Shown piece after piece: positions 12,204 to 21,389 of a stretch of DNA of 64,000 nt. Numbering within the stretch: position 1 is the stretch's first letter; each line of letters starts with the position of its first letter. Both the position numbers and the translations under genes were made by a program. Below the pieces are notes generated by a model that saw only the letters and a list, made by a program, of their open reading frames with translations, had not been told where the DNA came from and searched no databases. Origin of the DNA: Steroidobacteraceae bacterium (lineage in GTDB: Bacteria; Pseudomonadota; Gammaproteobacteria; Steroidobacterales; Steroidobacteraceae); contig JAFMJH010000006.1 of NCBI GenBank assembly GCA_017853555.1, positions 41,585-105,584 of the forward strand. Reading direction: 5' to 3'.

Positions 12204-12752
12204 ATGCGCAGTCACGAAAACGAAGCCTTCCTGATCAACCGCGACGTCAAGGCGGTGATGGTCCCCTCGGGCGACGAGATCGAGTTGAAAGCGGGCTTGT
12301 CGGGTTTCATCACCCAGGCGCTCGGCGGCAGTTTCACGTTGTACATCGAAGGCAATCTCTACCGACTCGCCGGGGAACACGCCGACGCGATCGGCAAGGA
12401 AGCGAGCAAGGCACCGGAGTTGCCGCCCAATGCGAGCGAAGAGGACGTGCGACAGCTCGCCTGGCAGCAAATGCGCGGCTGCTACGATCCCGAGATCCCG
12501 ATCAATATCGTCGAGCTCGGTCTCATCTACACCTGCGATGTCACGCACACCGACGGCGCGCGCCAGATCGACGTCAAAATGACGCTCACCGCCCCCGGTT
12601 GCGGCATGGGTGACGTGCTGGTGCAGGACGTGCGCGAGAAACTCGAGCTGATCCCGACCGTGAACAAGGTCAACGTCGAACTGGTGTTCGACCCGCCGTG
12701 GTCGCAATCGATGATGTCCGAAGCCGCGCGTTTGCAGACGGGCATGATGTGA
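12204..12752 (+). CDS. sufT: Putative Fe-S assembly protein SufT (DUF59/PaaD-like C-terminal domain)
   Basis: MRSHENEAFLINRDVKAVMVPSGDEIELK... followed by a DUF59-like segment CYDPEIPINIVELGLIY...MTLTAPGCGMG. Confidence 0.8.
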   Translation: MRSHENEAFLINRDVKAVMVPSGDEIELKAGLSGFITQALGGSFTLYIEGNLYRLAGEHADAIGKEASKAPELPPNASEEDVRQLAWQQMRGCYDPEIPINIVELGLIYTCDVTHTDGARQIDVKMTLTAPGCGMGDVLVQDVREKLELIPTVNKVNVELVFDPPWSQSMMSEAARLQTGMM

Positions 12753-13084
12753 TGAGCGAGCGCTGGATCGACCTCGGCGCGGCAGCGGAGCTGATCGACC
12801 GCGGCCGCATCACCGGCGACGTGGACGGCTGGTTCGTGATGGTGGTCGAGCGCGACGGCGAGTTGCACGCGTTCGAAGATCGCTGCAGTCACGATGGCGA
12901 AGCCTTCGCCGACGCCGAACTCGATTCCGATCCGACGACGCCCTGCGGCGTGGTGATTTGCCCGCGACACGGGGCGCGATTCTGCCTGAGCACGGGGGCG
13001 GCACTGACTCCGCCCGCCTACGAACCCATCCGCATCTTCGAGGTGCGACGCATCGACGATCGCATCGTGGTGCGCGCGCCGTGA
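12752..13084 (+). CDS. Rieske [2Fe-2S] ferredoxin-like protein
   Basis: The ATG overlaps the sufT stop (TGATG). Rieske ligand motifs CSHDG and CPRHGARF. 110 aa. Confidence 0.85.
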   Translation: MSERWIDLGAAAELIDRGRITGDVDGWFVMVVERDGELHAFEDRCSHDGEAFADAELDSDPTTPCGVVICPRHGARFCLSTGAALTPPAYEPIRIFEVRRIDDRIVVRAP

Positions 13085-13578
13085 TCCGGCGCCTGACTCT
13101 GCTGCGTCACGGTCACGCCGAACCCGAAACCGACGCCGGCGACTTCGCGCGCAAACTTGACCCGCGCGGCCATGCCGAAGCGCACGCGAGTGGCGCGCGC
13201 TTGCACGCCCTGCACTTGCAGCCGCAGCTCGTGCTCGCGAGCCCCGCCCGGCGCACCGAACAGACGGCCAAAGAAATCATCGCAAGCCTCGAACTGCCGC
13301 CCGAGCGCCTGCACCTCGAAGCGCGCCTCTACCTCGCCGACTCGGACACCATCACCGAAATCGCGGCACGGACTGCCGACGCGGTCCATCACCTGTTGAT
13401 CGTCGGTCACAACCCGGGACTTTCGGACTGTGCGGCGCAGTTCGGCGGCCATCGCGCGCATCCTCTGGTCACCGGCGCCTACTGCAGCCTCGCCTTCGAG
13501 CTGCCGCACTGGCGCGACCTGCCTTCGGCCGCGGCCGAGAGTCTGCGTCAGGAAGCGCCGAGCGCACGCGCGACGTAA
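13081..13578 (+). CDS. Histidine phosphatase superfamily protein, SixA-like phosphohistidine phosphatase
   Basis: The GTG overlaps the Rieske stop (GTGA). RHG motif LTLLRHGHAE and a later VGHNPG. About 165 aa. Confidence 0.75.
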   Translation: MIRRLTLLRHGHAEPETDAGDFARKLDPRGHAEAHASGARLHALHLQPQLVLASPARRTEQTAKEIIASLELPPERLHLEARLYLADSDTITEIAARTADAVHHLLIVGHNPGLSDCAAQFGGHRAHPLVTGAYCSLAFELPHWRDLPSAAAESLRQEAPSARAT

Positions 13579-15446
13579 TCGCGCGGCACCCGCGTGCGCG
13601 ACACGCGAGTTTCGAGTACATCGACGAACCACTCGTGCACCGGCCGATCGAGTGCGACGCCGTGCATGTAGTTGTACGCGGCGGCCGACAAGGCACGACC
13701 GAGCGCCGCGTGATCCACGCCCAAGCCGTCGTCGAAGCCGATGTCGTTGCGCGCAAACCCCTGATGCGACGCCGGCAACAGCGTGACGCCGTAGTCCTGC
13801 GGCGCGCGACCGACGGGTGAATGCACCGTGCAGGTGTAGCGATGGAAATAACCGGACTGGATGCAACCTTCGGCGAAGAGTTGCCGCACGTATTCGAGCG
13901 AATCGACGGTCTCGGCGAGACTCTGGGTCGGAAATCCGTACATCAGATACGCATGCACCAGCACGCCCGCCTCGCTGAAGGCGCGCGTGACGCGCGCCAC
14001 TTGCGCCACGGTCACGCCCTTTTTCATCAGCGCCAGGAGGCGATCGGAGGCGACCTCGAGGCCGCCCGACACCGCGATGCAGCCGCTGTCGGCGAGCAGC
14101 CGACAGAGCTCCGGCGTATACGTTTTCTCGAAGCGCAGATTGCCCCACCAGGAAATGCGCGTCTCGCGCCGCAGCAGCTCTTGCGCGAGCGCCTTGAGCG
14201 CCTTCGGCGGCGCCGCTTCGTCGACGAAATGAAACCCCGTCTGACCGGTTTCGGCGACCACCTGCTCGATGCGATCGACCAGCAACTCGGCCGAGGCCGC
14301 TTCATAGCGCGAGATGTAATCGAGCGTGACGTCGCAGAAGCTGCATTTTTTCCAATAGCAGCCGTGCGCGACGGTGAGCTTGTTCCAGTGCCCGTCCGAC
14401 CAGAGACGATGCATCGGATTCAAAAGATCGAGCAATGAAAGATAGCGCCCGAGCGGCAACCCGTCCCACGTGGGCGTGCCGGTTTCCGAAAACGGGACGT
14501 CGGGCTCGGCGTGGTTCGCATACACGACCGCATCGCCCTGACGATGGAAGGTACGCACGAGACGCTCGCGCGTACGCCCGCCATCGAGATGTTCGAACAG
14601 CGCCAACAGCGGTCGCTCGCCGTCGTCGAGCGTCACGTAGTCGAAGAAATCGAACACCCTCGGCTCGGCGAGCTCGCGCAATTCCGTGTTCACGTACCCG
14701 CCACCCAGGACGATGACGGTCTTTGGCGCAATTTTTTTGATGGTCTGCGCAATGCGAAATGCCGCGTAGACCGTGCCCGGAAACGGCACCGACAGCAGCA
14801 CGACGTGCGGTCGATGGCGCGCGAGCGCAGCCGTCGTCGCCGCGCGCAGCGTCGCATCGACCAGCGTCTCGGGCGCCGCGAGTGCCGCGGCGAGCGGCTC
14901 GAAGGAGGACTGACTCGCCGCCAAAGATTCCGCATAGCGCACGAATTCGAAGCGCGGATCGGCGACATCGCGGATCACGTCGGCCAGATCGTTCAGGTAG
15001 AGCGTGGCGAGGTGACGGGCGCGATCCTGCACGCCGAGCGCGCCGAACGCCCAGGCGAGCGGATCACCGCCACTGTCACTGCCGTCGAATCGTTCGAGCG
15101 CCGCGAAGCGCGGCCCTTCGGGCAGAAATGTGCGGGCGGCGATGCGATGCGCGAGTGTCGGATCATCGCCCTGCAAAAACCGCAGCACCGGCGCCACGAC
15201 CGCCAGATGCTTGGGCAAGGCATCGAGAAACGCCGCGACCGATTCGCTGCGCCGACGCTTCGGCAGCGCGCGGGCCTGCTCGGCGATCGTCGCCAGATGC
15301 GGTGCAGTCAGCAAATCGAGCACCAGCGTGAGCGCGAGGTCTTCCTGCAGAGCGGCGATACCGCGCGAGCGCAAAAACCCGGTCAGATACGCCGTCGATG
15401 GGTACGGCGTATTGAGTTGGGTCATCGGCGGTATGAGCGCGAGCAC
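13548..15446 (-). CDS. B12-binding-domain radical SAM protein, uncharacterised family
   Basis: N-terminal VLALIPPMTQLNTPYPSTAYLTGFLRSRGI and later HVVLLSVPF...VIVLGGGYVN resemble a split B12-binding Rossmann domain. The cluster motif is HGCYWKKCSFCD (14334-14360). The start is uncertain: GTG 15446 or ATG 15425. The track ATG 15746 would overlap yhhQ. Confidence 0.8.
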   Translation of the reverse strand: MLALIPPMTQLNTPYPSTAYLTGFLRSRGIAALQEDLALTLVLDLLTAPHLATIAEQARALPKRRRSESVAAFLDALPKHLAVVAPVLRFLQGDDPTLAHRIAARTFLPEGPRFAALERFDGSDSGGDPLAWAFGALGVQDRARHLATLYLNDLADVIRDVADPRFEFVRYAESLAASQSSFEPLAAALAAPETLVDATLRAATTAALARHRPHVVLLSVPFPGTVYAAFRIAQTIKKIAPKTVIVLGGGYVNTELRELAEPRVFDFFDYVTLDDGERPLLALFEHLDGGRTRERLVRTFHRQGDAVVYANHAEPDVPFSETGTPTWDGLPLGRYLSLLDLLNPMHRLWSDGHWNKLTVAHGCYWKKCSFCDVTLDYISRYEAASAELLVDRIEQVVAETGQTGFHFVDEAAPPKALKALAQELLRRETRISWWGNLRFEKTYTPELCRLLADSGCIAVSGGLEVASDRLLALMKKGVTVAQVARVTRAFSEAGVLVHAYLMYGFPTQSLAETVDSLEYVRQLFAEGCIQSGYFHRYTCTVHSPVGRAPQDYGVTLLPASHQGFARNDIGFDDGLGVDHAALGRALSAAAYNYMHGVALDRPVHEWFVDVLETRVSRTRVPRDYVARALGAS

Positions 15447-15493
15447 CCGGCGCTCTGCGCGGGGAGCGCTCGCGCCACTGGCCGTCGCGCGCT

Positions 15494-16258
15494 TCACTCC
15501 GCGGCGTGCGCCTTCAGGCGCGCGGTTTCGTCGGCGCCGAGATACAGTTTGATGAAGTGCCGCGCGACGTAGAGCAAAGGAATCATCGCGATGGCCGCCG
15601 CCATCTTGTAGATGTAGTTGACCGTGCCGACGGCGAGAAACTGCGACACGGGCCACTGCTGCGGACCGAGCACGAAGGCAATGTAGAGCACCACGAAGCT
15701 GTCGAGGATTTGCGACACCGCCGTCGAGGCCGTCGCACGCAACCACACGTGATCGTCACCGGTCACGCGACGGATGCGATGAAAGACGACCACATCCACC
15801 AACTGACCGATCAAAAACGCGACCAGCGAACCGGCGATGGTCCACAAGCCCTGCCCGAAAATCTGCGCGTAGGCGTTCTGGATGTCGGGCACGCCGAGTC
15901 CGCGGTTCGCTTCGACCCAAAACCCCGCCGGCGCGAGGGCGATCGACGCATAGGCCGCCGCGAACGCATAAGTGATGAAAACCACCGCGACCCAGGAGAT
16001 CAACCGAACGCCGCGCAAGCCGAAGTATTCGTTGATGACGTCGGTCATCACGAACACGAACGGCCACAGCAGCACGCCGGCGGTGAAGTTCAAATTTCCG
16101 GAGACGCCGAGCAGCGACCACTCGTAGGGCGCAATGCCGAGTGTCGCCTCGAGCGAGAAGATCTTCACGCCGACGAACTCGGCGATCAGCGCGTTGGTGA
16201 GGAAAAAACCCGCCAGCACGATGAACAGGCGATTCGCTTTGGAGTCGGTGGTACGCAT
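15494..16258 (-). CDS. yhhQ: YhhQ/DUF165 (VUT family) queuosine-precursor transporter
   Basis: Polytopic membrane protein with the typical LWPFVFVMTDVINEYFG motif. Confidence 0.88.
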   Translation of the reverse strand: MRTTDSKANRLFIVLAGFFLTNALIAEFVGVKIFSLEATLGIAPYEWSLLGVSGNLNFTAGVLLWPFVFVMTDVINEYFGLRGVRLISWVAVVFITYAFAAAYASIALAPAGFWVEANRGLGVPDIQNAYAQIFGQGLWTIAGSLVAFLIGQLVDVVVFHRIRRVTGDDHVWLRATASTAVSQILDSFVVLYIAFVLGPQQWPVSQFLAVGTVNYIYKMAAAIAMIPLLYVARHFIKLYLGADETARLKAHAAE

Positions 16259-16276
16259 GACGAGGACCCGGCCTGC

Positions 16277-18151
16277 TCAGTGCGCACTGCAGAAGCAGTG
16301 CGCGTAGAGCCGTCCCGGCAGCGCATGCCGATCGAAACGCATCACCTCGCGTTCGACCGGACCGAGCTGCCGCTGCGTGAACTGCAACGCCTGCAGCAAC
16401 TGCGGATCGCCGATGCCGCCGTAGCGCAGCGCCGTGGCGATCGTGCTCGCCTTGATCGACTGCGCGAACTCCTGCGCCCAGGACAAATCAGGTTCGCGAT
16501 AACGCACGGTGTATTTTCCCTCGACGAGCTTCGCGCGTTTGGCGGCAGCGGCGACGGCCTGATCGAGCGAGCCCAGTTGATCGACGAGCCCGATCCGCAG
16601 CGCATCGCGACCCGACCAGACGCGACCCTGCGCGATCGCGTGCACCTGGTCGCGGGTCTTGTTGCGACCCTTGCTCACGTGCGCGAGAAACTCCTCGTAG
16701 CCGCGCTCGACCGTCGCCTGCATCAGCGTCGAGATGGCCGGACTCAGCGGCCGATCGAGACGCATCCCCGACAGCGGCGTCGTGCCGACGCCGTCGGTGC
16801 CGACGCCGATCTTGTCGAGGCCGCGATTGATGGTCGGGATGAGACCGAAGATGCCGATGGAGCCGGTGATGGTCGCCGGACTCGCCCAGATCTCGTCCGC
16901 CGGCATCGCGATGTAGTAACCGCCCGAGGCCGCCAAATCGCCCATCGATACGACGATCGGACGCTTGGTTTCCTTGAACGCGAGCAACTCGCGATAGATT
17001 TCTTCGGAGGCGAGCACGCTGCCACCCGGGCTGTCGATGCGCAACACGAGCGCCTTCACGTCGTCGTCGAGACGCGCCTCGCGGATCATCTTGACCATCG
17101 ACTTGCCGCCGATGCTGCCCGCCGCACCGTCGCCATCCACGATCTCGCCCGAGGCGACGATGATGCCGACCTGCGGGCCTTTGGCCTTCTTCAGGCGATC
17201 TTCGGCGTGCGCGACGCGCAGATAATCTTTGATCGTCACGCCGGCATAGGAATCGCCCTCCTCGTCTTCGCCGACCAGCGCGATCATGCGGCGTTCGACG
17301 TCGGACGAGGAACTGAGTGCGGTGACGAGCTTGGCGTCGAGCGCGACTTTGGCCGCGTCACCCTTCGCCGCCTGCACCGCAGGCGACAACGTCGCCACGT
17401 AACTGGCCAACGCCTCGGGCGTGAGCTTGCGCGCCGCAGCCACGGATTTGACGTAGGAATCCCAAAGCGAATTGATGAACACCTGGCTCGCTTCGCGGTC
17501 CTCGGGCGACATGTCCTTGCGGATGTAGGGTTCGACCGCGCTCTTGAACACGCCGACGCGAAACACGTTGATGTCGACGCCGAGCTTGTCGAGCGCGTCT
17601 TTGAAATAGTTGCGGTAGCGATCGTAGCCCTCGAGGGCGACGAGCCCGAGCGGCTCGAGGTGGATTTCGTCCGCATGCGCCGCGACGAAATACGTGTCGC
17701 GACTGTACGCGGTCGCAAACGCGACGACCTTCTTGCCCGACTTGCGGAAGTCGTCGATCGCACGGGCGAACTCGTCGAGCGTCGGCTGGCCCGCACCGCT
17801 CATGCCATCGAGATCGAGCATCACCGCCGCGATGCGCGCGTCGGCCTTGGCCACATGCAAGGCCTCGACGAGATCTCGCAGCAGCGTTTCGTTCTGCCCT
17901 TCGCCACGCGCCTCGGCGACGGCGAGATCGATGGGGTCGTCCGAGCGCTGCTCGACGATTTCACCCGCGGGCGCGACGACCAAGGCCGCCTTCTTCGGGA
18001 TTTTCGGAATCGAGCCGCTCAGGCCACCGACGATGAAGCCGAAGATCAGCAGCAGCAGCAACAGATGCAACACGCGTCGCAGCCCGTCGAGCCCGGTCCA
18101 GATGTAGCCGAAAAACTTTCGCACGAGTCGCTCCTTGGCCTCAGCGGCCAC
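16277..18151 (-). CDS. sppA: Signal peptide peptidase SppA, 67K (tandem-domain) type
   Basis: 624 aa with an N-terminal TM helix and two ClpP/crotonase-like halves (VVSMGDLAASGGYYIAMPADEI). Confidence 0.92.
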   Translation of the reverse strand: MAAEAKERLVRKFFGYIWTGLDGLRRVLHLLLLLLIFGFIVGGLSGSIPKIPKKAALVVAPAGEIVEQRSDDPIDLAVAEARGEGQNETLLRDLVEALHVAKADARIAAVMLDLDGMSGAGQPTLDEFARAIDDFRKSGKKVVAFATAYSRDTYFVAAHADEIHLEPLGLVALEGYDRYRNYFKDALDKLGVDINVFRVGVFKSAVEPYIRKDMSPEDREASQVFINSLWDSYVKSVAAARKLTPEALASYVATLSPAVQAAKGDAAKVALDAKLVTALSSSSDVERRMIALVGEDEEGDSYAGVTIKDYLRVAHAEDRLKKAKGPQVGIIVASGEIVDGDGAAGSIGGKSMVKMIREARLDDDVKALVLRIDSPGGSVLASEEIYRELLAFKETKRPIVVSMGDLAASGGYYIAMPADEIWASPATITGSIGIFGLIPTINRGLDKIGVGTDGVGTTPLSGMRLDRPLSPAISTLMQATVERGYEEFLAHVSKGRNKTRDQVHAIAQGRVWSGRDALRIGLVDQLGSLDQAVAAAAKRAKLVEGKYTVRYREPDLSWAQEFAQSIKASTIATALRYGGIGDPQLLQALQFTQRQLGPVEREVMRFDRHALPGRLYAHCFCSAH

Positions 18152-19244
18152 CGTCGTATGAAATGCGATAGATCACGCCGGACAGATCGTCCGACACCAG
18201 GATCGAACCATCGGGCCACTGCAAAACGTCGACCGGACGCCCCACCACTTTGCCGTCGGGACGCAACCAGCCGGTGACGAAATCTTCGTAACCGACGACG
18301 CGCGCACCATCGAACTTCAATTGCGCCAGACGATAACCGACCTTGCTGCTGCGGTTCCACGAGCCGTGCTCGGCGAACAGCAATCGCCCGCGCCACGCGC
18401 GCGGAAACTGCGCACCGGAGTAGAACTGCAAACCGAGCGGCGCGACGTGCGCACCGAGGCGCTGCACGGGCGCGACCGTGTCTTCGCAACGCCCGAGTTT
18501 GCCGAACTCCGGATCGACGACGTCGCCGGCGTGACAGAAAGGAAACCCGTAATGCGCACCGATTTTTTTGACGCGATTGATTTCGCAGGGCGGCAGGTCG
18601 TCGCCCAACATGTCGCGACCGTTGTCGGTGAACCACAGCTCGCGGGTCTGCGGATGCCAGGTGAGGCCCACCGAATTGCGCACGCCGTGCGCCACGACTT
18701 CGCGACCACTGCCGTCGGCGTTCATGCGGACGATCTGCGAGTAACCTTCGGCATCCTTGTCACAGACGTTGCAAGGCGCACCGAGCGTCACGTAGAGCTT
18801 GCGATCCGGGCCGAAGGCGATGTATCGCCAACCATGCCAACGATCGGCCGTGAGCTTCGTCACGAGCGCCGGTGCCGACGGCGCATCGAGCTTCGACTCG
18901 ATGTCGTCATAACGGGAAATTTTGTCGTTCTCGGCGACGTAGAGTGCGCCACCTTGCAGCGCGACTCCGTTCGGTACGTTGAGTCCTTGTGCGATCACGC
19001 GCACCTCGCGACGTCCCTCGCGTTCGCGGATGGCGTAGACCTTGCCGGCCGTGCGCGTGCCGACGAATACGGTGCCCGAGTCGCTGCGGACCATCGAGCG
19101 CGCGTTGTCGACGCCATCGGCCCACACTTCGATCCGGAATCCGGATGGCAATTTCAACAGCGAGAGATCGGGAGCCGCAGCCATGGCCGTGGCGCACAGC
19201 GCGGACGCAGCGGCCAACGCAAGAGCCGCGAGGGATGAACGCAT
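18141..19244 (-). CDS. PQQ-dependent sugar (glucose/sorbosone) dehydrogenase family protein, secreted
   Basis: Signal peptide MRSSLAALALAAASALCATAMA and beta-propeller sGDH-like motifs (NSVGLTWHPQTRELWFTDNGRD, HYGFPFCH). ATG 19244 is preferred over 19319. Confidence 0.8.
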   Translation of the reverse strand: MRSSLAALALAAASALCATAMAAAPDLSLLKLPSGFRIEVWADGVDNARSMVRSDSGTVFVGTRTAGKVYAIREREGRREVRVIAQGLNVPNGVALQGGALYVAENDKISRYDDIESKLDAPSAPALVTKLTADRWHGWRYIAFGPDRKLYVTLGAPCNVCDKDAEGYSQIVRMNADGSGREVVAHGVRNSVGLTWHPQTRELWFTDNGRDMLGDDLPPCEINRVKKIGAHYGFPFCHAGDVVDPEFGKLGRCEDTVAPVQRLGAHVAPLGLQFYSGAQFPRAWRGRLLFAEHGSWNRSSKVGYRLAQLKFDGARVVGYEDFVTGWLRPDGKVVGRPVDVLQWPDGSILVSDDLSGVIYRISYDGGR

Positions 19245-19307
19245 TGGAATACCCGTACGAAACGTGAGCAGGCGGGAAAGCCTGCAGTCTAGCAACGGGG
19301 CAACACG

Positions 19308-19344
19308 CGCGCCACGCAACCCGAAGACCGGGCGGCGTGGCGCG
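19308..19344 (-). terminator. GC-rich hairpin downstream of rplS (10-bp stem CGCGCCACGC/GCGTGGCGCG with an inner CCCG/CGGG extension) and no U-tract
   Basis: The inverted repeat was read directly. It lies 10 nt after the rplS stop and upstream of the next gene. Confidence 0.4.
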
Positions 19345-19353
19345 TGGTCAAGG

Positions 19354-19698
19354 TCAGACTTTCTCTTCGATGCGGGCAGCCTTGCCCGACAGATCGCGCA
19401 GGTAGTAGAGCTTGGCGCGACGCACGCTGCCGCGACGCTTGACGGTCACGTCGGCGATGCTCGGACTGTGGCTCTGGAAAGTGCGCTCGACGCCCTCGCC
19501 GTGCGAAATCTTGCGCACGGTGAACGAGGAGTTGTAGCCGCGGTTGCTCTTGGCGATGACCACGCCTTCGTAGGCCTGCACGCGCTCGCGGTCGCCTTCG
19601 ACCACCTTCACGTTGACGATCACGGTGTCACCCGGCGAAAAGTCGGGCAACTGCCGCGTCATGCGGCTCTTTTCCATTTCGGCGATTATGTTAGCCAT
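19354..19698 (-). CDS. rplS: 50S ribosomal protein L19
   Basis: [49 protein letters not shown]... Confidence 0.98.
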   Translation of the reverse strand: MANIIAEMEKSRMTRQLPDFSPGDTVIVNVKVVEGDRERVQAYEGVVIAKSNRGYNSSFTVRKISHGEGVERTFQSHSPSIADVTVKRRGSVRRAKLYYLRDLSGKAARIEEKV

Positions 19699-20449
19699 TT
19701 TTTTGCACCTCTCGCTCGGCGAGATATTCCGTCAACAGCCGACTCTCCTCGTCGGAGAGCCCGCATCCTGAAATCAAATCGGGGCGACGCTCGTAGGTGC
19801 GTCCCACCGACTCCCGCAGCCGCCACCGCGCGATCGCCGCGTGGTTTCCACCCTGCAGCACCTGCGGCACTTCTCTGCCTTCCCACTCCACCGGACGCGT
19901 GTAATGCGGCCAGTCGAGTCGCGCGGCGGAAAACGACTCTTCCACGTTCGAGCGCTCGTCGCCAAGCGCCCCGGGCAAAAGCCTCACCACCGCGTCGATG
20001 ACCGCAAGCGCCGCGAACTCGCCGCCCGAGAGGATGAAATCCCCCAGCGACAACTCGCGATCGATGCGGGCATCGATCACCCGCTGGTCGAGCCCCTCGT
20101 AGCGGCTCGCCACCAGCACGAAACCCGGCATGGCCGCCAATTCACGCGCCACGCCCTGATCGAATCGCTCGCCCTGCGCAGACAGGTGGATCCGCGGAAC
20201 ACCGGCGGGCGACTGTGCCACTGCCGCGTCGATCGCCGCGGCCCAAGGCGCCGGCGTACCGACCATTCCGGGACCCCCGCCGTAAGGGCGGTCGTCCACC
20301 GTGCGATGCGCATCCGAGGCGTACTGCCGCGGATCGACGCATTCGATCCCTGCCAAGCCACGCGCGAGCGCACGACCCAACACTCCGTGTTCGCTCGCTC
20401 CCCGAACCAGTTCGGGAAACAAGGTCACCACTGCAACTTGCAGCGCCAC
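19691..20449 (-). CDS. trmD: tRNA (guanine37-N1)-methyltransferase TrmD
   Basis: [15 protein letters not shown]...[11 protein letters not shown]. The GTG at 20449 lies 2 nt after the rimM stop. The 3' end overlaps the rplS start by 8 nt. Confidence 0.95.
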   Translation of the reverse strand: MALQVAVVTLFPELVRGASEHGVLGRALARGLAGIECVDPRQYASDAHRTVDDRPYGGGPGMVGTPAPWAAAIDAAVAQSPAGVPRIHLSAQGERFDQGVARELAAMPGFVLVASRYEGLDQRVIDARIDRELSLGDFILSGGEFAALAVIDAVVRLLPGALGDERSNVEESFSAARLDWPHYTRPVEWEGREVPQVLQGGNHAAIARWRLRESVGRTYERRPDLISGCGLSDEESRLLTEYLAEREVQKNG

Positions 20450-20450
20450 G

Positions 20451-20957
20451 TCAGAAGTCCGCGGGCCAATCGACCTGGATGCGACGCGCATCCGTATCGA
20501 TCGAGAGCACATGCTGCTTCGTCACCGGCAGCCAACGCTCCCTCTCGCCCCGCACGACCATGACGGCATTACCCGGCAAGTCGACGAAACTGTCGAGGAC
20601 ACCGAAATCGACGCCCTCCCCATTGCACACCTGGAAGCCGATCAGGTCCTCCCGGTAGTGCTCCCCGGCCTCGACCGGGGGCAATTCCGTGCGCGGCACT
20701 TCGATGCGCCAGCCGACTTTGACCTCGGCGGCCTCGCGGCTCGCGAACCCCTCGAGGCGAACTTCCAGACCACTCGGGTTGGCGCGCACCTCAGCGGGTT
20801 TCAAGACTTCACGCTGGCCCTGCGGACCGACGAGATGCCAGGTGGGGTAGTCGAGCAAAGCTTCCGGGGGGTCGGTCCAAGACTGGACGTGCAACCAGCC
20901 CCGCAAGCCCTTGGGCCGCCCCAGGCGACCCAATTCCACCCACCGTTCAGTGCCCAT
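20451..20957 (-). CDS. rimM: 16S rRNA processing protein RimM
   Basis: MGTERWVELGRLGRPKGLRGWLHVQSWTDPPEALLDY. ATG 20957 is chosen so as not to overlap rpsP. Confidence 0.93.
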   Translation of the reverse strand: MGTERWVELGRLGRPKGLRGWLHVQSWTDPPEALLDYPTWHLVGPQGQREVLKPAEVRANPSGLEVRLEGFASREAAEVKVGWRIEVPRTELPPVEAGEHYREDLIGFQVCNGEGVDFGVLDSFVDLPGNAVMVVRGERERWLPVTKQHVLSIDTDARRIQVDWPADF

Positions 20958-20985
20958 GCGGGCGCCTACGGGAGGTGGGCGGCGC

Positions 20986-21240
20986 TCAGGCCGCGGCCTG
21001 CTTGCGGAAGTCGGCGACCAGCGTACGAACGCGGTCGGACGGCTTCGCGCCCTGGCCAACCCAGTATTCGATACGGGCCAGATCGAGCTTCAGGCGGGGC
21101 TCGCTCTTGCGGGCAACGGGGTTGAAAAAGCCCACGTTTTCCAGGCTCAAACCGCCCTGCCGCTTGCGGCTGTCGGTCACCACGACGTGATAGAACGGCG
21201 AGTTCTTGGCGCCGCGACGGGTCAGACGAATCGTCACCAT
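20986..21240 (-). CDS. rpsP: 30S ribosomal protein S16
   Basis: [30 protein letters not shown]... Confidence 0.97.
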   Translation of the reverse strand: MVTIRLTRRGAKNSPFYHVVVTDSRKRQGGLSLENVGFFNPVARKSEPRLKLDLARIEYWVGQGAKPSDRVRTLVADFRKQAAA

Positions 21241-21389
21241 AGGTCTAGTTCGCTCTCGGTCTAAGGTCATCGCCCCAAAGCTTGTGGCCAAGGGTGCCGA
21301 AAAAGAGCGCGGAGTCTACAGAAATCAGGGACTTGATGGAAGCGTCCCTTTGCAAGATCGCGATCGCCGGCCGACCGCCCGACCGGGCG

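Noticed and set aside
16259-16276. preQ1 riboswitch upstream of yhhQ; also checked at 51956..51964 upstream of queE.
   Set aside because: The gaps of 18 nt and 9 nt are too short to hold even the smallest preQ1 aptamer. Both genes appear to be internal operon members.
15506-18277. Very long alternative-strand or alternative-frame ORFs. Examples: + 923 aa at 15506..18277, + 848 aa at 21594..24140, - 511 aa at 6867..8402, + 566 aa at 37497..39197, + 592 aa at 40100..41878, + 642 aa at 54987..56915 and + 495 aa at 59399..60886.
   Set aside because: Each lies antisense to, or out of frame with, a strongly recognisable conserved gene. Their translations are Arg/Ala/Gly/His-rich with no recognisable motifs. 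This is the classic stop-codon-poor shadow ORF pattern of high-GC DNA.
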